This document shows, piece after piece, positions 50,131 to 60,043 of a DNA stretch of 64,000 bases. Every line of letters begins with the position of its first letter. The first letter of the stretch is position 1. Source of the DNA: an uncultured Acidobacteriota bacterium (lineage in GTDB: Bacteria > Acidobacteriota > Thermoanaerobaculia > Multivoradales > SZUA-115); assembly GCA_963805975.1 (NCBI GenBank), contig CAWDVR010000001.1, positions 1,097,577 through 1,161,576 of the forward strand. The letters are read 5' to 3'. The notes beneath the pieces were generated by a model. The model worked only from the letters and a program-made list of their open reading frames with translations, was not told the origin of the DNA and made no database searches. The position numbers and the translations under genes are program-made.

Positions 50131-51456
50131 TCAGTCGGTGGTGGCGAGGCCTTGGCTGAGCCCGCGATCCCGGCCCGCAGCGACGAAGCGCTGCACGGAG
50201 ATCCCCTGCTCTTCTCCCAGGTAGCCCTCCCAGGCACCGGCGAAGTGGCCCTCGCCATTGCCGGTCACGGAGCACTGGAACTGCGCGCCCACCTGACGGT
50301 TGCTGAGCTTCACCTCGGCACCGGTGGCGGCGCCGTCGGCATCGAGCTCGCGAGCGAAGAAACCGATGGGGAAGATCGAGTCGCTGTGATCGAGCCAGAC
50401 CGCGAGGTAGCCGCCGTCGGGCGTCGAAGCGAGCGCCGGCGCGATCTGCGCGTTGCCGCCCTGCTCGCCGGTCGAGATCTGCGTCTCGCCGCCCGCCAGG
50501 CCGCCCTCGCGGTCGACGAGCTGAGCGTAGATCCGAGAATCCCACACCGTCTCGAAGCGGCCCTGGAAGGCGACCAGGAAGCGGTTGTCGGTGCCCGCGG
50601 CCACGGCCGGGCGCCGCTGCGCGCCGGCCGCCGTGGTGTTGACCCGGAACGAGGGCGCCAGCGGCTGGCCGTTGGCATCGAGCAGCCGGGCGACCACGGT
50701 CTTGTCGCCGTCGGTGCAACAGTCCTCCCAGGCCACCAGGTAGCGGCCCTCGGAGTTGGCGGCGAGCGCCGCGCGGACGGCGGTAGCTCCCGCGAGGTCG
50801 TTCAGGCGGACGGCGGCGCCCAGGGGGTTGGCGGCCACGTCGAAGCGGCGGGCGAAGATGCCGGAGCGCGACGAGAGCGCGTCCTCGCCGTGCTTCGCCT
50901 GCCAGGCGACGAGCACCTGGCGCCGGCTGCGGGTCAGGGCCGGCCGGTCGTGCAGCGCCCCGCTGTCGGTCGAGACGGCGAACCGCGCGCCCACGGGCTG
51001 GGCGTTCTCGTCGAAGCGCTGGCCCACGATCTGGCGCTGCTGCACTTCCCGCCACTCCTGGAAGGCATCGAGGTGGAGGATCGCTTTCTCCTCGGCCCAC
51101 ACCAGCATGAAGCCGCCACCCGGCAGCGCCACGGCCGCCGGCTGCGAGTGGTAGGTCACGGGGCCGACGGCGGGGAGCGTGGGCAGGCGCTGATTGCCGA
51201 TCAGGGTGCGCTCGGGGCCCTGGGCGACGCCGGCGGTGGAGAAGCGGCGCGCCCGCAGGCCGAGCTGATCGTTTTCCCAAATGGCGGTGATACTGCCGTC
51301 ATTGTGGAAGACGGAGAGCGGTTGCCGTTGTTTGAAGGATTCGTCGGAGTTGCCGCGCAGCTCGGTGCCGAGCGGCTGGATCTCGGCTAATGCGGCGGGG
51401 GCGAGGGCGAGGGCAAAGCAAACGGAGCTCAGGATCCGGCGGCTGCAAGGTCTCAT
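50131..51456 (-). CDS. Secreted repeat protein (beta-propeller-like internal repeats)
   Basis: The signal peptide is MRPCSRRILSSVCFALALAPAALAE. A unit of about 45-55 aa recurs, with the pattern G.F.V.W......I..R.FD..G.P.G..F.V. Confidence 0.6.
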   Translation of the reverse strand: MRPCSRRILSSVCFALALAPAALAEIQPLGTELRGNSDESFKQRQPLSVFHNDGSITAIWENDQLGLRARRFSTAGVAQGPERTLIGNQRLPTLPAVGPVTYHSQPAAVALPGGGFMLVWAEEKAILHLDAFQEWREVQQRQIVGQRFDENAQPVGARFAVSTDSGALHDRPALTRSRRQVLVAWQAKHGEDALSSRSGIFARRFDVAANPLGAAVRLNDLAGATAVRAALAANSEGRYLVAWEDCCTDGDKTVVARLLDANGQPLAPSFRVNTTAAGAQRRPAVAAGTDNRFLVAFQGRFETVWDSRIYAQLVDREGGLAGGETQISTGEQGGNAQIAPALASTPDGGYLAVWLDHSDSIFPIGFFARELDADGAATGAEVKLSNRQVGAQFQCSVTGNGEGHFAGAWEGYLGEEQGISVQRFVAAGRDRGLSQGLATTD

Positions 51457-51529
51457 GACAGTCTCCTCCTAGGACGTCCGGGAAGTGTATGGCGCTCTGA
51501 CATGAAAGGCAAGGTTGGCAGCGGATGTC

Positions 51530-51558
51530 TTGAGCATCTCGGGCACGAGCGCTAAAAT
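51530..51558 (+). promoter_or_regulatory. Candidate promoter upstream of htpG (TTGAGC - 17 nt - TAAAAT)
   Basis: Found by pattern inspection only, about 118 nt upstream of the htpG ATG. Separately, a GAGGAG RBS lies 7 nt before the ATG. Confidence 0.25.
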
Positions 51559-51675
51559 TCGCCCACCCGTGGCGCCCGGCAGGGCGAGCCGCGGGTTCCC
51601 AAACCGAAGAGACGCCTCGCCGAGGCCTGCCTGCCCGGTGACCGAGGCGTTTGCGACACAGCGAGGAGCCGATCT

Positions 51676-53619
51676 ATGTCCACCGTCGAGACCCATCCCT
51701 TCCAGGCCGAGACGCGCAAGCTCCTCGACCTGATGATCCATTCGCTCTACACCAACAAGGAGATCTTCCTGCGGGAGCTGATCTCGAACGCTTCGGACGC
51801 GCTCGACCGCCGGCGCTTCGAGGCCCTGACCCGGCCCGAGCTCCTGGCCGACACCGATCGCCTCGAGGTCCGCATCGAGGCCGACGCGGAGGCGCGCACC
51901 CTCACCCTCCACGACAACGGCATCGGCATGAGCCGCCAGGAGGTGATCGACAACATCGGCACCATCGCCAAGTCGGGCACCCGGGAGCTGATGGACCGCC
52001 TGCGGCAGGCGGACAGCAAGGAAGGCACTGCCGAGCTGATCGGCCAGTTCGGGGTCGGCTTCTACTCCTGCTTCATGGTGGCCGATCACGTCACCCTTCT
52101 CACCCGGCGGGCCGGCGAGGAGGGCGCCACGCTCTGGCGCTCCGCCGGAGACGGCACCTTCACCATCACCGAGGCCGAGAAGGCCACGGCGGGCACCTCG
52201 ATCACGCTCCGCCTCAAGGAGGTCAACAAGGAAGACGGCGTCGACGACTTCACGGACGAGTGGGTGATCTCGCGCGTCGTCAAGCGGTACTCGGACTTCG
52301 TCGCCTATCCCATCGTGGTCAAGGTGCGGCGCGAGAAGCCGCTCGAAGGTGCCACCGGGGAATCCGGCGAGAGCCCGACCGAGACCGTGCTCGAGGACAA
52401 GACGCTCAACTCCATGAAGCCGCTCTGGACCCGGCCGCAGTCCGAGGTCAGCCAGACCGAGCTCAACCAGTTCTACAAGCACATCTCGCACGACTGGACC
52501 GACCCGCTGCGCTCCCTCTGGCTCAAGGCGGAGGGGCGTTTCGAGTACCAGGCGCTGCTCTTCGTGCCGGCCAAGGCACCCTACGACCTCTTCTACCTCG
52601 CCTCCCGCCCGGGCTTGCAGCTCTACGTCAAGAAGGTGCTGATCATGGAGAGCTGCGAGGATCTGATGCCGCGTTACCTGCGTTTCATGCGCGGCGTGGT
52701 GGACGCGCCGGACCTGCCGCTCAACGTGTCGCGCGAGATGCTGCAGCAAGACCGCCACATCCTCCAGATGCGCCGCTGGCTGACCCGCAAGATCCTCGAG
52801 AGCCTGCGGGACATGCAGCAGAACGAGCCCGAAAAGTACCTGGAGCTGTGGGGCGAGTTCGGCCGGGCGATCAAGGAGGGCGTCGCCGAGGACTTCGACA
52901 ACCGCGACCGTCTGCTCGAGCTGCTGCAGTTCCAGTCCTCGAACGACCCGCAGAAGCTCACCACCTTCAAGGACTACGTGGGCCGGATGAAGGAGGAGCA
53001 GAAGGAGATCTTCTACCTGACCGGCGAGTCGCGGGTGCAGGTCGAGAGCTCGCCCCACCTCGAGGCCTTCCACCAGAAGGGCTACGAGGTGCTCTATCTC
53101 GTGGATCCGGTGGACGAGCTGCTCATGCAGTCGCTGCCCGAGGTCGAGGGCAAGCGCTTGAAGTCAGTGGGCAAGGGCACCGTCGAGCTGGGCACGGCCG
53201 AGGAGCGCGAGAAGGCGTCCGAGGATCTGAAGGCCAAGGAAGCGAAGCTCGGCTCGCTGCTCGAGGCCATGCAGAAGAAGCTCGACCCGCACGTCAAGCA
53301 GGTGCGCCTCTCCAACCGGCTGACCTCCTCGCCGGTCTGCCTGGTGGGAGCCGAGCACGACTACAGCCCGCAGCTCGAGCGCCTGCTGCAGAAGGGCAAG
53401 GGCGGTGGCCCGGCCCAGCGGCGGATCATGGAGGTCAACCCTGATCATCCGGTGCTTGCCAAGCTGGGCGAACGCTTCGAGCGCGACCCGGAGGACGGGC
53501 TGGTGGGCGACTATGCCGAGCTGCTGCTGGGCTACGGCCTCCTCGCCGAGGGAGCCGAGCTGCCCGACCCGGCCCGCTTCAACCGGCTGGTGGCGGAGCT
53601 GATGGCGCGGTCGGCGTAG
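51676..53619 (+). CDS. htpG: Molecular chaperone HtpG (Hsp90 family)
   Basis: A 647-aa ORF. The N-terminus FQAETRKLLDLMIHSLYTNKEIFLRELISNASDALDR and the block GQFGVGFYS are diagnostic of Hsp90/HtpG. Confidence 0.95.
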   Translation: MSTVETHPFQAETRKLLDLMIHSLYTNKEIFLRELISNASDALDRRRFEALTRPELLADTDRLEVRIEADAEARTLTLHDNGIGMSRQEVIDNIGTIAKSGTRELMDRLRQADSKEGTAELIGQFGVGFYSCFMVADHVTLLTRRAGEEGATLWRSAGDGTFTITEAEKATAGTSITLRLKEVNKEDGVDDFTDEWVISRVVKRYSDFVAYPIVVKVRREKPLEGATGESGESPTETVLEDKTLNSMKPLWTRPQSEVSQTELNQFYKHISHDWTDPLRSLWLKAEGRFEYQALLFVPAKAPYDLFYLASRPGLQLYVKKVLIMESCEDLMPRYLRFMRGVVDAPDLPLNVSREMLQQDRHILQMRRWLTRKILESLRDMQQNEPEKYLELWGEFGRAIKEGVAEDFDNRDRLLELLQFQSSNDPQKLTTFKDYVGRMKEEQKEIFYLTGESRVQVESSPHLEAFHQKGYEVLYLVDPVDELLMQSLPEVEGKRLKSVGKGTVELGTAEEREKASEDLKAKEAKLGSLLEAMQKKLDPHVKQVRLSNRLTSSPVCLVGAEHDYSPQLERLLQKGKGGGPAQRRIMEVNPDHPVLAKLGERFERDPEDGLVGDYAELLLGYGLLAEGAELPDPARFNRLVAELMARSA

Positions 53620-53674
53620 GAGCCCCTCACCCTAGCCCTCTCCCCGCAAGCGGGGCGAGGGGACCGGAATCGTA

Positions 53675-53695
53675 GGGGCGACCGGCGGTCGCCCC
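53675..53695. terminator. Hairpin between convergent htpG and the GT-C gene (bidirectional terminator candidate)
   Basis: GGGGCGACC - GGC - GGTCGCCCC. A second, smaller hairpin (CCCCGC-AA-GCGGGG) sits at 53642-53655. Confidence 0.4.
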
Positions 53696-55456
53696 TCACA
53701 CGGGCGCCAGGCGGAAGCGGTAGGGCTCCGCCTGGCCCGGTCTGGCAGGCAGGATGATCTTCAGGACATAGAGATTGAAGTTCTCCTCGGTCCACCACAT
53801 CGGATGGCGGGCCGAAGGTTTCTCGAGCACGACCTCGAAAGAGGCGAAACCGGTCGGGGCCAGCGTGGTCTCGCCCAGGGTGCCGCCCCGGACCTCGATC
53901 GCGCTCGGGCCGCCGGCGGCAAAGGTGAGATCGATCTTGCCGAGCGGGCGCTCGCGGCCGATCACGAGCTCGGCGGTGGTGCCTGGCGGAGCCAGGAGCC
54001 AGCTCCCTTTCTCTTCCGCGCGAACCCCCGGGGTGAGGATCTTGATCCAGATGCCGCTCTGGATCACGTCCTCCTGCCCGGCCGGCTTGAGCTGCTCCTG
54101 GGTGGTCTCGTGGGGCAGCAGCCGCCGGGCGAGCGGGGTGACGTAGCGAAAGCCCCCTTCGGGTGCCAGCGGATAGGCGCGAGGCGCGGTCCACAGCGTC
54201 CACAGGAAGGGCGCGGCGCAGGCGGTGGCAGCCAGCGGCAGCACCACGCTCGTGGGCCGCGCCGCCAGGAACCAGAGGGCGGGGTACACAGGCAGGAAGT
54301 AGCGGTTGGCGATGGCCGCGCCGCCGCCGTAGAAGTTCATCGGCCGTACGAAGAAAAAGCCGGCCATGGCGAGCGCCACGGCCAACAGCAGGGCCCAGCG
54401 GCCGTTCTCCGGCCGGTAGGCGGCGAGGCCCAGGAGCAGCGGCAGAAAATAGGGCAGCACGCCGACATTCCTGCCGAGTAGGAAATAGAGAGAGTTCCAG
54501 GCCGTGAGGCGGGGCTCGAAGTCGTAGGGCAGGAGCTTCTCCCGCGCCACCCAGGAGCCGTTGCCGCGCTTGGTCACCTGGGCGCTCCAATCGTCACCCG
54601 CCAGGTCGACCCGTGGAAAACCCGTATAGGAGTAGAAGCCCAACCGCTCGCCGCCGTAGCTGGTGAAGGTGCCGTGGACTGCGGCGGAGAGCAGCACGGC
54701 CAAGAGCGCCACCGCCACGCCGCCTCCCAGGCAGGCGAGGATGCCGGCGCCGCGGCGGCGCGCCGGCACAGCCAGGAGCGCCGGCAGGAAGAGGGCGAGG
54801 TAGAAAGGCCGCGAGGCGCCGACCACGGCGAGACAGGCACCCACCGCGATCCAGCGCAGGGCGTAGCTCCGGAGCGCCTCGGTGGTCTCGTCCTCGAAGA
54901 TCTGGCGCAGCCTCTCGGGGCGGGTCTGGCGGCCGGCGTAGGCAAGGGCCAGGCCGATCGCAGTGAGCGACATCAGGAACAGATCGGCGTGAGCCCAGGT
55001 GACGTAGGCAAAGGTCACCGAGCCGAAGAGAAAAGCCGCCACCCAGAGCGGTGCCGCGTCGCCGATCGCCTGGCGCAGAGTGCGCGCCGCGAGCATCGCG
55101 GCGACGGCGAGCAGCAGGGCGTTGGCCACCGAGGCGCCGCGCGTGGGCGAGGCGCGCACGAAGGGCGCGATGGCCAGCGAGTAGAAGATCGGCTTGCCGT
55201 AGGTCAGGGATTGGCCGTGGTCGCTGCTCTGCAGGATGAGGCCCTCGGGCTTCATCCCCCAGTGGGCGACGAAGCGGTCGTAGTCGGCCCTCTCGTAGGT
55301 GAGGTCGAGGTCGAAGGCCAGGCTCTCGGCCTGCATCAGATAGGTGGCCTCGTCGCCGACCAGCGTCGGCCACTGCCGGCGGTCGTAGGTCGCGGCCCCG
55401 ACCAGCGCCGCGGTCAACAGCAGGCCGAGGACCGCCCAGCTCGAAACGAGTTTCAT
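53696..55456 (-). CDS. GT-C fold membrane glycosyltransferase (ArnT/PMT-like)
   Basis: A 586-aa ORF with more than 10 TM segments. An extracytoplasmic-loop DE motif (LVGDEATYLMQAES) follows TM1. A soluble domain occupies the C-terminus. Confidence 0.65.
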   Translation of the reverse strand: MKLVSSWAVLGLLLTAALVGAATYDRRQWPTLVGDEATYLMQAESLAFDLDLTYERADYDRFVAHWGMKPEGLILQSSDHGQSLTYGKPIFYSLAIAPFVRASPTRGASVANALLLAVAAMLAARTLRQAIGDAAPLWVAAFLFGSVTFAYVTWAHADLFLMSLTAIGLALAYAGRQTRPERLRQIFEDETTEALRSYALRWIAVGACLAVVGASRPFYLALFLPALLAVPARRRGAGILACLGGGVAVALLAVLLSAAVHGTFTSYGGERLGFYSYTGFPRVDLAGDDWSAQVTKRGNGSWVAREKLLPYDFEPRLTAWNSLYFLLGRNVGVLPYFLPLLLGLAAYRPENGRWALLLAVALAMAGFFFVRPMNFYGGGAAIANRYFLPVYPALWFLAARPTSVVLPLAATACAAPFLWTLWTAPRAYPLAPEGGFRYVTPLARRLLPHETTQEQLKPAGQEDVIQSGIWIKILTPGVRAEEKGSWLLAPPGTTAELVIGRERPLGKIDLTFAAGGPSAIEVRGGTLGETTLAPTGFASFEVVLEKPSARHPMWWTEENFNLYVLKIILPARPGQAEPYRFRLAPV

Positions 55457-55525
55457 TTCCGGGATTGTAGCCCGCCTCCGCGGACGTCATGGCCCGTGCG
55501 TACGATCCTTGCTACAAAGGCCTCC

Positions 55526-56467
55526 ATGCGCTCGCTCCTGCTCTTCCTCGCCTTGCTGTTCACGCTGCAATCCGCCCTCGTCGCCGCACCGGGGCTCTCC
55601 GGCTTCGTGGTCTGGGAGTCGAACCGCACCGGCGAGTGGCGGATCTGGACCCAGCGCCTGGATGGCACAGGCCTGCGTCAGCTCACGCCAGACGAGCCAG
55701 GACGGCAGCACTGCTGTGCCCACATCTCGCCGGACGGCCAGCGGCTCGTGTACCTCGCGCGGGTGGGGGGGCGCGACGCCTACCTGGCCGAGGAGGTGGC
55801 CGGAGAGCTGCGCCTCCTGGAACACACCGGCGGCCAGCAGCGGGTGGTGGCTCCGCGGGCGCGGACCTATGGCTGGGGCAACCGCAGCGCGGTATGGAGA
55901 AGCGACAGCGAGCTGATCCACGTGGGAGGCGACGGCCGTACGTTCCTGCTCCCGCTCGCCGGTGGGGCCTCACGACCGCTGACCGACGAGCCGCGCCACG
56001 AGCTGGGGTGGCTGATCGACGCCACCCTTTCGCATGCCACGAACGCGGCACCGAGCTTCGCGCCCTACGACCGCGCGGCGCGCGCGGTGCGCCCCGTGCC
56101 CGAGATGCGGGGCTGCGAGCCCTACTTCACGGCCGACGGCGAGTGGGGCTACTGGGTGCATCGCGGCGGCGGGCCGCTGCGCCGCATGCGCCTTTCGGAC
56201 CGCGAGCCCGTCAACTGGATCGAGCGCGAGGACCCGCGCCTGCCGGCCGACCAGCGGTACATCTACTTTCCGATGCTGTCGCGCGACCGGCGGGCCCTGG
56301 CCTACGGCGCCTCGCGCTCGCGGCGCGACCACGACCACTTCCGCTCGGACTACGACATCTTCTGGCTGCCGGTCGATCCCCAGACCTTCGAGCTGCGGGG
56401 TCCGCCGGTGCGGGTGACGAAGCACCCGGCGTCGGACCGCTACCCGGACATCTATCTGCATCCTTGA
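55526..56467 (+). CDS. Secreted TolB-like / PD40 beta-propeller repeat protein
   Basis: The start is the internal ATG of track ORF 54674..56467, giving MRSLLLFLALLFTLQSALVAAPG (signal peptide). It contains GEWRIWTQRLDGTGLRQLT and SPDGQRLVY repeats. Confidence 0.6.
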   Translation: MRSLLLFLALLFTLQSALVAAPGLSGFVVWESNRTGEWRIWTQRLDGTGLRQLTPDEPGRQHCCAHISPDGQRLVYLARVGGRDAYLAEEVAGELRLLEHTGGQQRVVAPRARTYGWGNRSAVWRSDSELIHVGGDGRTFLLPLAGGASRPLTDEPRHELGWLIDATLSHATNAAPSFAPYDRAARAVRPVPEMRGCEPYFTADGEWGYWVHRGGGPLRRMRLSDREPVNWIEREDPRLPADQRYIYFPMLSRDRRALAYGASRSRRDHDHFRSDYDIFWLPVDPQTFELRGPPVRVTKHPASDRYPDIYLHP

Positions 56468-56544
56468 GTCTCGATCCCTGGGCGCGCGGGCCGCTCGGGT
56501 ATGATCCGCGCGCTCCGCCGGCAACGCGGCAGAGGTTCCCTCGC

Positions 56545-57285
56545 GTGGAGATCAGCCCCCGATTCAAGGCCGTCGCGAAGCGGCTGCTCGAGCTCAGCGC
56601 GGCGGCGACCGGAGTCACCGTGCGCGTGGCGACGCGCGAGAAGGTGGCCGCGTTGACTTTCGACGACGGCCCGGACCCCGGATGGACGCCGCGCCTGCTC
56701 GAGGTGCTGGAACGTCACGGCGCGCGCGGTACCTTCTTCATGGTCGGCAAGTCGGCCGCCCGCTGGCCCGAGCTGGTGGCACGCGTGGCCGCCGCCGGCC
56801 ACGCGGTCGGCAACCACACCTGGGACCACCCCTCGCTGCCCACCCTCCAGGCCCGCTATCGCCGCCAGCAGATCCAGTGGTGCGGGGAAGCCCTGGCTCC
56901 GCACGGCGTAAAGCTCTTCCGGCCTCCCTATGGGCACTTGACACCGGCCACCCAGCTCGACGCCTGCCGGCTCGGGTACCGGGTGGTGACCTGGAGCGCC
57001 GTGGCCGAGGATTGGCTGGACGACCCGCCGGAGACGCTGGTGGCGCGCGTCGAGCGGCGCTTGGAGCCGGGTGCGATCGTCCTCTTCCACGACCGTCTCT
57101 ACACCACGGTCGATCCCCGCTACTCGGACCGCGGGCCGACCCTGGCCGCGGTCGACATGCTGCTCGAGCGCTGGGCCGGCCGGCTGCGGTTCGTCACCGT
57201 GCCCGAGCTCCTGGCACTCGGCCGTCCGCGCAACCGGCACGACTACCACCGCCCCGACCTCGCATGGCTGCGGCGGTTGCAGTGA
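56545..57285 (+). CDS. Polysaccharide deacetylase (NodB homology domain)
   Basis: The NodB motifs are ALTFDDGPDP, FFMVG, GHAVGNHTWDHP and LFRPPYG. The GTG start at 56545 is my guess; the reading frame is that of track ORF 55489..57285. Confidence 0.8.
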   Translation: MEISPRFKAVAKRLLELSAAATGVTVRVATREKVAALTFDDGPDPGWTPRLLEVLERHGARGTFFMVGKSAARWPELVARVAAAGHAVGNHTWDHPSLPTLQARYRRQQIQWCGEALAPHGVKLFRPPYGHLTPATQLDACRLGYRVVTWSAVAEDWLDDPPETLVARVERRLEPGAIVLFHDRLYTTVDPRYSDRGPTLAAVDMLLERWAGRLRFVTVPELLALGRPRNRHDYHRPDLAWLRRLQ

Positions 57286-58175
57286 CCGGCGAGAGCGCGG
57301 CGCCGCGAGAGGTCGCGCTCTCGGTCGTCATCCCCTGCCGCAACGTCGCCGCCACTCTCGGCCTGCAGCTCGCCGCCGTAGCCGCCCAGGAGTGGGCGGG
57401 GGAGTGGGAGGTGATCGTCGCGGACAACGCTTCGAGCGATGGCTCGCGCGAGGTCGCCGAGAGCTTCCGGGAGCGACTCCCGGCACTCACCGTGGTGGAT
57501 GCAACGGGCCACCAGGGCCCCGGCGGCTCTAGGAACGCGGGCGCCGCCGTGGCGCGCGGCGGGATGCTCGTGTTCTGTGACGCGGATGATGAGGTGGCCC
57601 CCGGCTGGCTCGCGGCCATGGCGCGGGCCCTCTGCGAGCACTCGCTGGTGGCGGCGCGCTACGACGCGCGTAAGCTCAACCCGGCGTGGATCGTCGAGGC
57701 GCGCGGCGAGCACCAGCACCAGGGCCTCAACCCCTACACCTACCCGCCGTTTCTGCCGCACGCCGGCGGTGGTGGCCTGGGAGTGCGCCGGCGTCTCCAC
57801 GAGGCCATCGACGGCTTCGACGAGTCACTGCCGGCGCTCGAGGACACGGACTACTGCTGGCGCCTAGAGCTCGCCGGCCACGAGCTCGCCTTCGTGCCGG
57901 ACGCGGTGGTGCACATCCGCTACCGGCAGGACCTTGCCGGGATGTTCGCGCAAACCGCGCGTTTCGGGGAGTACAACGTGCTGCTCTACGAGCGCTACCG
58001 GGCGCAGGGCATGCCCCGCCTCGCACCCTGGGCCGGTCTCGCCCGCTGGATCAAGCTCCTGCTCTCGACGCCCCAGATTCTCACACGCCGCGGCCGTGCA
58101 CGCTGGACCGCGCAGCTCGCCTGGCGGTGGGGGAGGGTCGTCGGGTGTGTGAAGTACAGAGTGTGGGCGCCGTAG
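57264..58175 (+). CDS. Family 2 glycosyltransferase
   Basis: LSVVIPCRNVAATL, EVIVADNASSDGS and FCDADDE (DxD) are present. The ATG at 57264 lies in the frame of track ORF 56682..58175 and overlaps the deacetylase 3' end by 22 nt. Confidence 0.8.
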   Translation: MAAAVAVTGESAAPREVALSVVIPCRNVAATLGLQLAAVAAQEWAGEWEVIVADNASSDGSREVAESFRERLPALTVVDATGHQGPGGSRNAGAAVARGGMLVFCDADDEVAPGWLAAMARALCEHSLVAARYDARKLNPAWIVEARGEHQHQGLNPYTYPPFLPHAGGGGLGVRRRLHEAIDGFDESLPALEDTDYCWRLELAGHELAFVPDAVVHIRYRQDLAGMFAQTARFGEYNVLLYERYRAQGMPRLAPWAGLARWIKLLLSTPQILTRRGRARWTAQLAWRWGRVVGCVKYRVWAP

Positions 58176-58198
58176 GAGGCGCACAGCCAAGATCCGTC

Positions 58199-58606
58199 TC
58201 ACCCAAACGGGTCGACGATCTCGAGCCCGGCCTGCTCGAAATCGCGCCGGTTCCGGGTTGCGATCGGAAGGCCGTGAACGAGCGCTGTCGCCGCGATCAG
58301 GCTGTCCTTGATCGGCATGGCTCGGCCGCTGGTGCGCAGCTCGGCGAGTAGTCGGGCCCAGCGCAACCCCGTGGCCGCCTCCCAGGGCAGGCAGTGGATG
58401 CGCTCGACTCCGTCCTGGAACCAACGCTCCAACCGCGCGCGGCGTTTCCCGACGGGCAGGAGAAGTATCCCGAAACGGATCTCACCGAGGATGATGGGAT
58501 CGACGACGATGTCCCGTTCGTGACGCGCCAGCCAATCCAGAACCCCGGAGTGGGGTTTGGGGTTGGTCGCTTCACTGAGAACGTTGGCGTCCACCAGGAC
58601 GGTCAT
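58199..58606 (-). CDS. vapC: PIN-domain toxin VapC
   Basis: 135 aa from the internal ATG, MTVLVDANVLSE.... Conserved acidic residues occur in VDANV, E.. and IKDSLIAATAL. The start overlaps the vapB stop (ATGA). Confidence 0.85.
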   Translation of the reverse strand: MTVLVDANVLSEATNPKPHSGVLDWLARHERDIVVDPIILGEIRFGILLLPVGKRRARLERWFQDGVERIHCLPWEAATGLRWARLLAELRTSGRAMPIKDSLIAATALVHGLPIATRNRRDFEQAGLEIVDPFG

Positions 58607-58833
58607 AGCGTGTCGGTGGACTCGGACTCGATGGGGACGAAGAAACCCTTCTCGGGACAGGCCAGGAGCCAATCGAGAAGACCTTGGTTCCTCGGCGGAG
58701 AAAGGCGTACGAGCCGATACTCCCCGCGGTCGATGCGCTCGATCTCGAACTCCTCACCGGGCTCGATGCCATCTTGCCGGCGAATTTCAGCGGGGAGGAC
58801 GATCTGGCCTTTGGTGGAAACAGCGGTACGCAT
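58603..58833 (-). CDS. vapB: AbrB/SpoVT-type antitoxin VapB
   Basis: 76 aa, starting MRTAVSTKGQIVLPAEIRRQDGIEPGEEFEIE, which is a swapped-hairpin (AbrB/MazE-like) motif. It lies immediately upstream of and overlaps vapC. Confidence 0.8.
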   Translation of the reverse strand: MRTAVSTKGQIVLPAEIRRQDGIEPGEEFEIERIDRGEYRLVRLSPPRNQGLLDWLLACPEKGFFVPIESESTDTL

Positions 58834-58837
58834 GAAG

Positions 58838-58856
58838 AGTAAGATACTGTCTTACT
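58838..58856. promoter_or_regulatory. Inverted repeat AGTAAGA-TACTG-TCTTACT just upstream of vapB (candidate operator)
   Basis: A 7-bp perfect inverted repeat located 5-23 nt upstream of the vapB start codon. AbrB-type antitoxins typically autoregulate through such palindromes. Confidence 0.3.
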
Positions 58857-58983
58857 GCGACCGCGTCAAGAGACGGAATGGAGTGAGTCTCTCCCGCTAT
58901 CATGGGGCTTTGCTGAGAGTTCTTCGCGCCGCCAATCTGCTATCCTGCCGGCCGTTCGCCCGGCTTTTCCCGCCACCGTCACC

Positions 58984-60030
58984 ATGCGTGTCCTCCTCAC
59001 CGGTCATCAGGGATATCTCGGCACCGTCATGGCGTCTTGGTTGCGCGAGGCCGGCCACGAGGTGGTAGGCCTCGACTCGGGCTTCTTCGAGGGTTGTTTC
59101 CTTCCCGGCGAGCCCATGTCAGTCGAGGTCGAGACGCTGAAGAGAGACCTGCGCGACGTGACGGCCGCCGACTTCGCGGGCTTCGACGCGGTGCTGCATC
59201 TGGCCGGCCTCTCGAACGACCCGCTCGGCAACCTCGATGCGGACCTGACCTACGACATCAACGACTCCGGCTCGGTGCGCCTCGCGCGGCTCGCCAAAGA
59301 AGCCGGCGTCGAGCGCTTCCTCTTCTCCTCCTCGTGCAGCACCTACGGCGCGGCGGGCGACGACTTCCTCGACGAGACCGCGGCTTTCAACCCGGTGACC
59401 CCGTACGGCCACTCCAAGGTACGCATGGAGCAGGCCCTGGGCGAGCTGGCGGACGACGACTTCAGCCCCGCCTACCTGCGCAACGCCACCGCCTACGGCG
59501 TGTCTCCGCGTCTGCGGCTGGACCTCGTGCTCAACAACCTCGTCGCCTACGCCGTGACCACCGGCCGGATCCACATGCTTTCGGACGGCACCCCCTGGCG
59601 GCCCATCGTCCACGTCGAGGACATCAGCCGCGCCTTCCTCGCCGCGCTCGAGGCGCCCCGCGAGAGCATTCACGACCAGGCTTTCAACGTCGGCCGCACG
59701 GGCGAGAACTACCGCATCCGCGAGCTGGCCGAGATCGTGGCCGAGGCGGTGCCCGGTTGCGCCATCACCTATGCCGAGGGCGCTGGCCCGGACAAACGCT
59801 GCTACCGCGTGGACTGCGAGAAGATCCGCCGCGTGCTGCCCGGCTTCGAGCCGCGGTGGGACGCACGGCGCGGCGCTCGCCAGCTTCGTGACGCCTATCG
59901 GCTGGCCGGCCTCACCGCCGAGGAGCTCGCGGGGAGCCGGTTCATCCGCCTCGGTCGGATCGAGGAGCTGCTCAAGAGCGGCGCCGTGTCGAGCGACCTG
60001 CGGTGGAACGAGCAGCCCACCGCACCCTGA
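58984..60030 (+). CDS. NAD-dependent epimerase/dehydratase (extended SDR)
   Basis: A 348-aa ORF with [16 protein letters not shown] (Rossmann GxxGxxG variant) and a catalytic YGHSK (YxxxK). Confidence 0.8.
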   Translation: MRVLLTGHQGYLGTVMASWLREAGHEVVGLDSGFFEGCFLPGEPMSVEVETLKRDLRDVTAADFAGFDAVLHLAGLSNDPLGNLDADLTYDINDSGSVRLARLAKEAGVERFLFSSSCSTYGAAGDDFLDETAAFNPVTPYGHSKVRMEQALGELADDDFSPAYLRNATAYGVSPRLRLDLVLNNLVAYAVTTGRIHMLSDGTPWRPIVHVEDISRAFLAALEAPRESIHDQAFNVGRTGENYRIRELAEIVAEAVPGCAITYAEGAGPDKRCYRVDCEKIRRVLPGFEPRWDARRGARQLRDAYRLAGLTAEELAGSRFIRLGRIEELLKSGAVSSDLRWNEQPTAP

Positions 60031-60043
60031 GCCGCGCCGGCCC

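Noticed and set aside
51469-53073. 534-aa minus-strand ORF and other long ORFs overlapping htpG (51651..53444 +).
   Set aside because: The htpG frame (51676..53619) has unmistakable Hsp90 motifs. The overlapping ORFs are high-GC shadows.
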